Source: an uncultured Planctomycetota bacterium
Lineage (GTDB): Bacteria; Planctomycetota; Planctomycetia; Isosphaerales; Isosphaeraceae
DNA: 64,000 bases
NCBI GenBank assembly: GCA_963845755.1
Contig: CAWJTV010000025.1
Coordinates: 64,001 to 128,000, forward strand
Direction: 5' to 3'
Position numbers and translations under genes: made by a program
Notes under the pieces: model-generated
Seen by the model: the letters and a program-made list of their open reading frames with translations, nothing else
What the model was told of the DNA's origin: nothing
Databases searched by the model: none
Part shown: positions 21,868 through 33,800 of the stretch, piece after piece
Numbering within the stretch: the first letter of the stretch is position 1
Layout of the letters: the number at the start of each line of letters is the position of its first letter

Positions 21868-24800
21868 TCATCGAGGCCGCGTACCGTCTCTCGATGGACG
21901 AAAGCGGCTGATCGATCGAGTTGGCCGATTCCGCCCGGGTGTTTTGCGCCGGAGAATCGAGGCGTTTGAATCCCAGGATGCGCCCGCGGTCATTGCGAGG
22001 GGAACGGTCGGAGGAGCCATCACGACCGTCAACGAGGGCGAACCGATGATCAGGAGGACCGGTGACACTTGGCTGCTGGAGAAGGTGGCTCCCATCGCCG
22101 ACGTCGTGATCGGGGAGAGGTGGGTCACACCTTCCGGGAAGCCGGTCGCCGTCACCGTGCTGGAGGCCGCGGAGAGAGCCGGACTGGGACTCAGGTCGTG
22201 GCCGGATCCGCCGCTGTTGTTCGACACGACGAAGGAATCGAAGACGCTTAAGACGTCGATCGGACCGCCGTCATTCGTCCAGCTACCGTCGAGGTTGGCA
22301 TCTTGCAAGGGCCCGACCGTCGGTCCCGAGTAGGTCGTCTGCGGACCTTGATACGCCACGAGGTCGGAAACGAGAAGATTGGCCACGGGCGTTCCCAACC
22401 CGGTCACCAGATTGTAGCCCGATTCGGCGGTGTAACCGTTGGAGCCGCTGTCGATCTCGTGATAATCGGCCTGCGGCAAGCGGTACAGCGCCTGAAGCGT
22501 CTCGGTGGGGTCGGTGCTATTCAGCAGTGGCTGCGCCGCCTTCGCCCGCGCCTGGTTCACCAGCAGCAACAACCCCGCCCAGGAGGGCGCCGACAAGCTC
22601 GTGCCGCCCACGACCTCGAACGGGTCGCTGGGATCCAGATCGTACGGGTCGGCGATCCAGGCGCCGGTGGCTGGGTCGGCAACCAACGATACGTCGGGCG
22701 TCGTCCGGCTACCCAGGGACTGGACGCCCTGCTGATACGCCGGTTCGGGCTCATACAGGCTGATGCCGCCTCCCGAGCCGATGGAGGTCCCTGCGGCATC
22801 GGAATAGTAACCCCATCCCGTCTCGCTATTGTAGGAGTTATCGCCGTTGAGCGTGAGGCTGGTACCGCCGACGGCCACCACGTTCGGCGAGAACGCGGGA
22901 TACTCGGGATCCGCGACGCCATAGTCGCCGGTGCTGGCGACGAACGTCACGCCGGGCACGTTGAACTCGCTGTCGTAGGTCGCTTCATCGGCAGCGAAGA
23001 CGGCCTGGCCTTCGGGGAAGCCCCAGCTCATCGACACCACCGACACGCCGGGCTGGCTGGCTGCGGTGGCCACGCTGGCCATCAGGTCGGATAGCGACTG
23101 ACTATTGGCTTCGACGAGGATGATCTGGGCTCCGGGGGCGATGGAATGGACCCATTCGACATCGAGGGCTTCCTCGAGCTCCCAGTTGTCGGTGCCTGGA
23201 CCGGTGGGATCGGTGGAAGGCAGCGAGGTCGCCTGGCCCTGCTGGTTGAGCACGGTCAAGAACGAGGAAGCCGGGCCGTACTGGGCGAACAGCGCCGATC
23301 CGGAGTCGGTCAGGCTGAACTGGGAGTCGTAGGCGTCGAGAGACTGGTCGATGTCGGGATCATCGTAGGCGTCGACGATCGCGATGGTCTGGCCGGAGCC
23401 ATCCTGAGTCAATGCGTTGATGCCATAAGCATCCCGAATCTGGGCCGGGGTGTAGGCGACGGTGCCGGAGGGCGAGCTCAAATTGAGGCCGTCGGCGATC
23501 GCGGCGCCGCTGAGCGTCATCGTATCGACGATGATCGAGATCGTGTTCTTCGAGCTGCCGACCTGGGCGCTGCCGCTCTCGACGAGCTGGGCCGCCGGCG
23601 CGTAGATCGTGCCGGTGATCCCTTGCAAGGCGGAGCCGCTGAAGGTCAGGGCCTTGGTATTGTCGCGCCCCTGGAAGATCAGCATGCCGGCGTAGGTCCC
23701 GCTGGAGGGCGGGGTCAGGCTGACCGAGCCACTGCCGCTGAGCGTGATCGGGCCGAACGTGCCGCCGTCGGTCGTCCCGTTGTAGGCTGTACCGAAGTTG
23801 AAGATGGTCACATTGGTGCCGCTGACGGCGGCGGCTCCGGAGACCGACAGGCCGCCGCCCTCGAGGATGATCGAGGTCCCTGCGGAGATCGTGACGACGG
23901 CGCTGCCGGATGCGGTGAAGCCGCCGCCCTGGATGACGTACGTACCGGCGGCCAGGGTGACCTTGGCGGCCCCCGAGATGCTGATCTGGCTGTAGATGCC
24001 GGACTGAATGGTCGTGGTCGTGCTGCCGCTGATGGACTTCGAGCCATAGTTCGTCAGCCCGGTGGGAATCGCCGGCATCGGCAGCGCTGCGAGCGGGTCG
24101 GAGACCGCCGTGATGCCCGTCAACGGTTGCGGGCTGAGCGTCGGGCTGCCACTCTTCTGGACGCCTCCGACGACCTGGATCGCGCCGGCCTTCACCGAGG
24201 CCGTTCCGCTGATCGCGAGGGCGCTGGACGACTTTGAGTCGATCACCACGTTTCCTGGAATGTTGATGCCGGCGCTGCCCGATAAGGTGAGCGCGCCTCC
24301 GGCCGTCGGGTCGAGAATGTAGAACCCCGTGGCCATGGTGACCGTCAAGGTGCCGGACAGGAGGGTCACCGTATAGTTGGACGTCGCCCCCGTACCATTG
24401 GACAGCGTGCCCGTGATGGGATACGTGCCGGCGATGGCCGTGGTGGTATTGCCCGTGCTGCTGTAGGTGATGTCCAGGTTCTCGCCGTTGACCCCAGTAC
24501 TGATGGTCGTGCCCAGGTCGGCCGCGAGGTTGGCTGTGCTGCCGTAAAGGTGCGAGTCGTTGCCGATCTGGTCGTTGAAGGCATAGGCGGTGATCGATCC
24601 GGGACCGCTGGCCGTGGTCGGCAGCGTGTAGTTGCTGGCCAGCGTTCCGGTGCCGGCCGTGAAGTTGGTCGCGGACAGGCTGGCGGTCACCGTCGTCGCC
24701 GACACCACATTGGGGCTGTTATAGGCGCCCGTGGTCTGATTGACCGTGAAGCTCTGGCCGCTCACCAGGCCCGACAGGCTAAAGTTGGCCGAGGTCAACG

Positions 24801-27800
24801 TCGCGGTGGTCGTACCGTTGTAGGCCCTGGTGGGATCGCCGATGATCGAGGCGGTTACCGTCGCGGGAGTGATCGATCCGGCGCCGCTGGCCGTGGTCGG
24901 CAGGGTGTAGTTGCTGGCCAGCGTTCCGGAGCCGGCCGTGAAGTTGGTCGCGGAGAGGCTGGCGGTCACCGCGGTCGCCGTCGTCACATTGGCGCTGTTG
25001 TAGGTGCCCGCGGTCTGATTGACCGTGAAGCTCTGGCCGCTCACCAGGCCCGAGAGGGTGAAGTTGGCCGAGGTCAACGCCGCGGCCGTCGTGCCGTTGT
25101 AGGCCCTGGTGGGGTCGCTGACGATCGAGGCGGTCACGGTCGCGGGCGTGATCGCGCCGGCGCCGGTGGCTGTGGTCGGCAGGTGTAGTTGCTGGCAGCG
25201 TCCCCGTGCCGGCGGTGAAGTTGCTGGCGGAGAGGCCGACGGTCACCGTGGTCGCCGTGGCCACATTGGGGCTGTTGTAGGTGCCCGCGGTCTGGGTCAC
25301 CGTGAAGGTCTGGCCGCTCACCAGACCCGAGAGGCTGAAGTTGGCCGAGGTCAGTGTGGCGTTGTTCGTGCCGTCGTACGTCTTGGTGGGATCGCCGACG
25401 ATCGTGGCCGTCAACGTCGCCGGTGAGATCGTGAAGCTGGTCGTGGCGCGGGAGGCCGCGAAGTTGGCGTCGCCGGCGTACGATGCGACGACAATATAGG
25501 TTCCGACGTTGGTCGGGGCCGTGGTGCCCAGATCGCTGACGGAATCGCCCGAGACGGCGTAGTACGTCACGATGGGCGTGACGCCATCGAGGCTCGAGGA
25601 CGGCTCGATGGAGTGCGTCCCCACCAGGACTTCGGCCACCATCGGCGACCCGGTATAGGTACCGCCCGGAGCGCTCAAGGTGACCATGGTCGCGGTCGTC
25701 TGAGAGACCGTAAACGAGGACCCACCTTCTGAGCTGCTCTCCCCGGCATTCTGGAGCAGGTTCGCTCCGGTCCCGAAGGTGACGATGGCGCCGTACGGCG
25801 TACCCGGGACGACTCCCGTCGAACATCGTGACCTGGGGCGTTGTCGATACGGCGGGAGACGCCGCGGTGTACTGGATCGAGTCATTGCCGGAAGTCGCGT
25901 TTTGCGCCGAGAACGTGTACATGAAGAGCTCGTACGCCCCGTGCTCGGCGTCGTAGTACGCGGCCGGGAGGTAGTTCTGCGCGGAGGGATCGTTGAACGA
26001 CGGGTCGGTCGAGTGGAAGGCATTCACCTCCACCGTGTAGGTGCCGGTCAACGGCAGCGACACGTCGAAGATCGACGAGTCGGACGGCTCGAACTGGTCG
26101 TCGTTGAACGCGACCACCTGGCCGTTGGGACCGTAAACCGTCAGGACGGTGTCCACCGGATCCTTGATCGAGGTGACCGACGTCAACATCGCCTGGAAGC
26201 TCATCAACTGTCCGGACTGACCGGTGAAGGTGTAGTAATTGGGCTGGCTGAGCGTGAACGCGGCACTCGTCTTGGGGTCGGTCACCGGTTTGCCGCTGGC
26301 GTTGAGCACCGGCTGGGTGCCGCCGATGTAGCCGTCGATGTCCACGGCGGAGACGTCGAACGTCATGCCGGCGTCGAAGCCGGTGGTGATCGGGTTGGGC
26401 ACGTTCAGGTCGTACAGGCTCACCGGCTGGGCGATGACGGTCGTCGCGACGCCGGCGACGTTGTCGTTCGTCGAATCGACGTCGCCCTCGGCCTCCGGCA
26501 CTCCGGCGACGCCGGGCAGGTCGGGATCCTGGTCGAGCTGCACCGGATCGGTCGCTTTCTGTGCCGCCGGCACGGTCGGCACCGGCATGCCGGACCAGCT
26601 CGGGTTCGACGGGTCGGTCGCGTCCGAGGCGACCGTGGTTCCATCCGAGATGAACGCCAGGGTGATCGCGTCCCGCTCGCCGAGCTGGGCCTCGCCATCG
26701 GCCGCGTTGACGAGCGTGGAGCCCACCGACGCGGGCGACGCGATCACGTCCCCCTCCGTCGTGAACGCCCCGACCGTACCCCCGTAGGCCGGGTAGTAAC
26801 TGGACCCGCCCGGGGGACTCGAGATCCCGAACCCGACGGGGCCGATGGCGTCCATGTGCTCGAGGCCCAGCGTGTGACCCGCCTCGTGCGCCGAGATCGT
26901 GATTGACATGTTCACAAAATCGGGCAGCCCATTCATCGAATCGGCGGTCGAGTCGGGCACCAGGCCCGGTCCGGTTCCCAGGAAGCCGTTGACGTCGAGC
27001 TGCACCGTCGTCTTCTGGTTCAGGTTGCCGAAGTCGACCTCGTTGGAGAACCCGCCGGGCGACGGCTGATTGTTGAAGATCGGCGTGTCGTTGTAATAGA
27101 CCGTCACGTAGTTGCCATTGCCATTTTCGTAGACTGAATTCGTGAACGTGGGATTCACCAGGCTCGCAAGTGTCGTCACGTCGGCCGGTGTCAAATCGAT
27201 GGCCGCAAGCTGCGCCGTGGTCATGCTCCGGAGCTGTGTAATCTCCGCGGGGTCGATGGTGAATTGAATGCTCGGGCTGAGTCCCGCGTAAATCGTCTCC
27301 AGCGCCTGAAGCACCTCCTCCTGCTCGACGGCCGAATACGATCCGTTGCCGTTGTGGAAGGTCTCGGTGGGGCTGAGCACCGTGGGCGCAAACTGGGTGA
27401 AATTGAGCGCCACCCACTGGACCGACGGCGTCGAAGGGGGCACGGCCGGCAGTGCATTGGGATTGGGATTGTTCAGCGCGCTGCCCTGAAGGATGTCGTT
27501 GGTGCCGTTGCCGATGATGGTGTCGTCGCCGGGGCTGCCGACGACATTGGTGAAGGCACCGCTGGCCGGTAGGGTGATCGACAGGTCCGCGGTCGCGTTC
27601 ACGACCTGTGCCTTGCCGGTCGTGCTCAGGTTGATGTTGACCCCGCCGCCCGTGAAGTTCGAGAAGTCGAGCGTGTCGTTGCTGGCCCCGGCCGGCTCGT
27701 TCAGCGTGACGTTGCCGATGGGATTCGTCGCGGACCCGCCGACGAAGTAGACCGTGTCGTTCGACCCGCCGCCGGTGAACGTCCCACCCATCGACAGGGC

Positions 27801-30800
27801 GGCCCCGGGGACCGACGTCCCCGACGGCAGGCCGAGCTGGCTCGTGTCCCCGATGATGATGTTGTTGTCCCCACCCCCCTCGGCCGTGACGTTCGAAAGC
27901 AGGCCGCCGACCAGGGAGTTGAAGCCGCCCTGGGTTGTGACGTTCACGGCGTAGTCGGCCAGGGACGCCCCGCTCGTCACGGCCTGGTTCAGGAGCGCGA
28001 GCTGCGCCGGCGTGATCGACTCGGTGAACGTCCCCCCGGTGCCGATATTGAACGTGGAGAGCAAGCCGCCGGTCGCCTCGTTGCCGCTGCCCGGCAGGGT
28101 GACGTTCAGCCGGAAGAGGTTCAGGACCGCGGCGTTCAATGTCTGCTGGAGGGCCTGGGCGTTGGTGCCCAGGAAGGTCTGCAAGACGGACGGATTGGCG
28201 ACGAGGAACTGCTGGAGCTGGGTCGGGTCGCTCGAAAGGAACTGGACGAGGGCACTCGGGTTGGAGGTCAGGTATTGCTGGAGCGAGGCCGGGTTGGTGT
28301 TGAGGAATTGCTGGAGCACCGTCGAGTTGGCGGACAGATACTGCTCCAGCGAGGTGGGGTTGCTGGCGATGAACTGCTGGAGCACCGTGGCGTTGCTGGC
28401 CAGGTACTGCTGGATCACGGTCGGGTTGGCGGTCAGGTAGCCCTGGAGGACGGTGGAGTTGCTGTTGATGTACTGCTGGAGGTCGCCCGGGTTGCTGGTC
28501 AAGTAGGCCTCGAGTCCGGCCTCGTCCCCGCTGACGTACGCCTGGTTCGCCGCGCTGTCGCCCGCGAGGAACGCGTTCAAGGCGGTCGAGTTCGAAGCGA
28601 GGTAGGCGGTAATGCCAGCGACGTTCTGCTGGATGTAGGCCTGCTGCGCGGCCGTGTTGCTGTTGAGGTACTGTTGCAAGATCGCGGGGCTGGACGTGAG
28701 ATATTGCTGGAGGGCCGTCGTGCTGCTGGTCAGGTATTGCTGAAGCACGGCGGGGTTGGCCAGGAGGTACTGCTGCAATCCATCCGGGTTGCCCGTCAAG
28801 TACCCCTGGAGTCCGGTGGCGCTTCCTTGCAGGTAAGCCTGGTTCGCCGCCGGATTGTTGCCCAGGAAGGCGCTCAAGCTGGCCGGGTCGGTGGCGAGGT
28901 ATTGCTGGAGACCGGTCGAGCCGTTGGTGAGGTAGGCCTGATTGGCCGCCGAGTCGCTGCCGAGGTAGGCGCCGAGGCTGGCCGGGTTGCTGGTCAGATA
29001 AGCCTGGAGACTGGAGGCACCCCCTTGCAGATACGCCTGGTCGGCCCCCTGGTCGCTGCTGAGGTAGGCGCTCAAGCTGGCCGGGTCGGTGGCGAGATAC
29101 TGCTGGAGGCCGGCATCACCGCCTTGCAGGTAGTCCTGATCGGCCGCGTTGTCGTCGCCTAGGTAGGCGCTGAGGCTGGTCGGGTTGCCGGTCAGGTAGG
29201 CCTGGAGTCCGGTCGTGCCGCCGTTCAGGTAGGCTTGCTGGGCCGCGGAGTCGCTGCCGAGGTAGGCGCTCAGCGCGTCGGAGTCGCCGAGGATGTAGGC
29301 CGAGACCCCGGCGAAATTCGCTTGCAGGTAGGCCTGCTGGGTGACCGCGTTGGCCGCGAGGTACTGGGCGACGGCGGTCGCGTTCTGCTGCAAATACGAC
29401 TGGAGGGCGGCCGGGGCCGTCGCCAGGTATTGCTGGAGCGACGCCGGGCTGCCGGTCAAGAACTGCTGGAGGGCGGTCGGGTCGCCGGCGATGTACTGCT
29501 GCAACGCGGTGTTGCCGCTGTTGAGGTACGTCTGGAGGACCGTGGGGTCGCCCGTCAGGTACGCCTGCAGGCCGGTGGCGGCACCTTGCAGGTAGGCCTG
29601 GTCGGCCGCCGAGTTGCCGCTCAGGAAGGCGCTCAGGATCGACGGATTGCCGATCAGGTAGGCCTGGAGGCCGGCGGTGCCGCCTTGCAGGTAGGCCTGC
29701 TGGGCCGCGGTGTTGCCGCCGAGATAGGCGCTCAGGCTGGTTGGGTTACTGGCGAGATACGCCTGGAGGCCGGAATCGCCGCCTTGCAGGTAGGCCTGGT
29801 CGGCCGCCGAGTTGCCGCTGAGGAAGGCGCTCGAAGCTGGTCGGGTCGGTGGCGAGATAGGCCTGGAGGCCGGCGGGGCCGTTCTGCACGTACGCCTGCT
29901 CGGCACTGGAATCGCTGTCGAGGTAGGCGCTCAGGCTGGCCGAGGCGCCACCGAGGAACGCCTGGAGCGTCCCGGGGTTGGCGCCGATATACTGCTGGAG
30001 GACGGTTGGGTTGCCGGTGATGTATTGTGCCAGGACGGTCGGATTGGCGCTCAGGTACTGCTGGAGCACGGTCGGATTGGCGGAGAGATACTGCGACAGG
30101 GCGGTGGGGTTGACGCTGAGATACTGCTGGAGGACGCCCGGGTCGCCCGTCAGATAGGCCCCCAGGCCGGTGCTGCCCCCTTGCAGGTACGCCTGCTCCG
30201 CCGCCGGGTTGGTGCTGAGGAAGGCGCTCAAGCTCGTCGGGTTGGTGGCGAGATACGCCTGGAGGTTGGCGCCGCCGCCTTGCAGGTAGGCCTGGTCGGC
30301 CGAGGCGTTACTGCTGAGGAAGGCGCTCAGGCTGGCCGGGTTGGTGAGGAGATACGCCTGGAGTCCGGTCGAGCCGTTGGTGAGGTAGGCCTGGTTGGCC
30401 GCCGAGTCGCTGGCGAGGTAGGCGCTCGAAGCTGGTCGGGTTGTCGGCCAGGTAGGCCTGGAACCCCGTAACACTTCCTTGCAGATAGGCCTGCTTCGCC
30501 GCCGAGTCGCTGCCGAGGTAGGCGCTGAGGCTGGCTGGATTGCTGGTCAGGTAAGCCTGGAGGCCGGAGGCACCCCCTTGCAGGTAGGCCTGGTTGGCCG
30601 CGGAGTTGCCGCTGAGGAAGGCGCTCAGGCTGGACGGGTCGGTGGCGAGATACGCCTGGAGTCCGGAGCCGCCGCCTTGCAGGTAGGCTTGCTCCGCCGC
30701 GGAGTCGCTGACGAGGTAGGCGCTCAAGCTGGTCGGGTTGCCGCCGAGGAATGCCTGGAGCGATCCGGGGTTGGTGCTCAGGTAGCCCTGGAGGCCGGTG

Positions 30801-33800
30801 CCGCCCCCTTGCAGGTAGGCCTGGTTCGCCGCCGAGTTGCTGCTCAGGTAGGCGCTCAGGCTGGCCGGGTCGGTGGCGAGATACTGCTGGAGTCCGGTCG
30901 AGCCGTTGGTGAGGTAGGCCTGGTTCGCCGCGGGGTCGCTGCCGAGGTAGGCGCTCGAAGCTGGTCGGGTTGGCGCTGAGGTAGGCCTGGAGCCCGGATC
31001 CGCCCCCAGTCAGGTAGGCCTGGTCGGCCGCGTTGTTGCTGCCGAGGTAGGCGCTCAGGGCGGTGGGGTTGGCGCTGAGGTAGGCCGAGACGGCGGCGGA
31101 GTTCGCCTGGAGGTACGCCTGCTGCACGGCCGGGTCGGTGGCGAGATAGGCCGAGATGCCGGCCGAGTTCGCAGTGAGGTAAGCTTGCTGCGCGGTCGTG
31201 TTGCTGGCGATGTAGGCCGAGACGCTGGCGGAGTTCTGGCTGAGGTAGGCCTGCTCGGCGCCGCTGTTGCTCCCCACGTACTGGCTGACCGCCGTCGCGT
31301 TCTGCTGGAGGTAAGCCGAGAGCGAGGTCGGGTTCGCGGCGAGGTACTGTTGCAGGACGCTCGGGTTGCCGCTGAGGTACGCCTGCAAGATCGTGGGGTT
31401 ATCCGACAGATACTGTTGCAGCGCGGTCGAATTCCCCGCGAGGTATTGCTGCAAGACGCTGGGGTCGCCCGTCAAATAGGCCTGGAGGCCGGCGGCACCG
31501 CCTTGCGTGTACGCCTGATTGGCCGCGGAGTTGTTCCCGAGGAAGGCGCTCAAGCTGGCCGGGTCGGTGGCGAGATACGCCTGGAGGCCGGTGGGGCCGC
31601 CTGAAGTGTACGCCTGATTGGCCGCGGGATCGCTGCCGAGGTAGGCGCTCAGGCTGGCTTGAGCGCCGCCGAGGAACGCCTGAAGCGTCCCGGGGTTGGC
31701 CGTCAGGTAGGCCTGGAGGCCGGCACCGCCCGACGCCAGGTACGACTTCGAACCGGGGTAGGCCGTCTCGAAGGCGCTCAGCGCGGCGGTGTTGCCCGCG
31801 ATGTAGGCCGTGACGCCGGCGGAATTCGCCTGGAGGTACGCCTGCTGCGACGTCGGATTGCTGACGATATAAGCCGAGACGGCGGCCGAGTTCGCCCCCA
31901 GGTAGGCCTGCGCGGCCGCCGGGTTGTTGGCCACGTACTGGGCGACCGCGGCGGAGTCTTGCTGGAGGAAGGCCTCTTCCGTGGTCGGGTCGCCGGTGAT
32001 GTACTGGGCGACGGCCGTCGAATTCTGAGCGAGGTAGGCTTGCTCGGCGACCGGGTTGGTGACGAGGTACTGCTGGAAGACCGCCGGGCTGCTGCTGAGG
32101 TATTGCTGGAGCGCGGCGGTGTTGCTGCCGAGGTACTGTTGGAGGACCGTCGGATTGCTCACCAGGAATTGCTGCAAGGACGCCGGGTTGCCGGCGATGT
32201 ACTGCTGCAACACGGTCGCGTTGCTGGCCAGGAACTGTTGCAGGACCGTGGGGTTGCCCAGGATGTATTGCTGGAGCGTGGTGGGGCTGCTCCCGAGATA
32301 CGCCTGCAAGACCCCTGGGTTCTGATTGATGAAGGACTGGAGCGACCCGATGTGGCCCGCCAAGTACGACTGAAGGCTGGTGTTGCCCCCTTGCAGGTAG
32401 GCCTGATTGGCCGCGGAGTCGCTGGCGAGGTACGCGTTCAAGGCGGCTGGGTTCGAGGTGAGGTAGGCGCCGATGCTGGCAACGTTCTGCTGGATGTACG
32501 ATTGCTGGGCCGTGTTGTTGCTGCCGAGGTACTGCTGGATGATCGTGGGGCTGCTGACGAGGTATTGCTGCAACGCAGCCGGTTCGCCGGCCATGTACTG
32601 CTGGACAACCGTGGGGCTCAAGGAAAGGTATTGCTGGAGCGTCGTCGGGTTGCCCGAAAGGTACTGCTGCAAGGTGGACGGGTCGCCGCTCAGGTATTGC
32701 TGGAGGATGGCCGGGTCGCCCGCCAGGTACGCCTGGAGGCCCGTGCCGCCCCCTTGCAGGTACGCCTGGTTGGCAGCCGAGTTGCTGCCGAGGTAGGCAC
32801 TCAAGCTGGTCGGGTCGGTGGCGAGATACGCCTGGAGGCCGGCGGGGCCGCCTGAAGTGTACGCCTGATTGGCCGCGCTGTCGGTGGCGAGGTAGGCGCT
32901 CAAGCTGGTCGAGTTGGCCGTCAGGTAGGCCTGGACGCCGGCGCCGCCCCCTTGCAGGTACGCCTGATCCGCCGCGGAATTGCCGCTCAGGAAGGCGCTC
33001 AAGGAGGCGGGGTTGGTGGCGAGGTACGCCTGGAGCCCGGCACCACCGCCTTGCAGGTAGGCCTGGTTGGCCGCCGAGTCGCTGCCGAGATAGGCGCTCA
33101 GGCTGGCCGGGTTGCCGACGATGAAGGCTTGAAGGACTCCGGGGTTGCTGCTCAGGTAGGCCTCGAGCGAGGAGACGCCCGACTGCAAGTAGGCCTGGTC
33201 GGCCGCGGGGTTGCTGTCCAGGAAGGCGCTCAGGCTGGTGGAGTTCGCAACCAGGTAGGCGCTCACCCCCGCGGGGTCCGACTGCACGTACGCCTGGGTC
33301 GCGGCCGAGTTGCCTGCAATGTACTGGGCGACGGCCGTGGCGTTCTGCTGGAGGTAGGCCTGGAGGCCGGTCGGAGAGCTGGCCAGGTACTGCTGGAGGA
33401 CCGTCGGACTGCCGCCGAGGAACTGCTGGAGCACGCTCGGATTCGCGGAGAGGTACTGCGACAGGGCGGTCGGGTTGGCCAGGAGATACTGCTGGAGGAC
33501 GGTCGGGTCGCCGGTCAGGTAGGCCTGGAGGCCGGAACTGCCGCCTTGCAGGTAGGCCTGATCGGCTGCCGGGTTGGTGCTGAGGAAGGCGCTCAAGCTG
33601 GTCGGGTTCGTGACCAGGTAGGATTGCAAGCTGGCGCCGCCGCCTTGCAGGTAGGCCTGATCGGCCGCCGGGTTGGTGCTGAGGAAGGCGCTCAGGCTGG
33701 ACGGGTTGGTGAGGAGATACGCCTGGAGTCCGGTCGAGCCGTTGGTGAGGTAGGCCTGGTTGGCCGCCGAGTCGCTGCCGAGGTAGGCGCTCAGGCTGGT

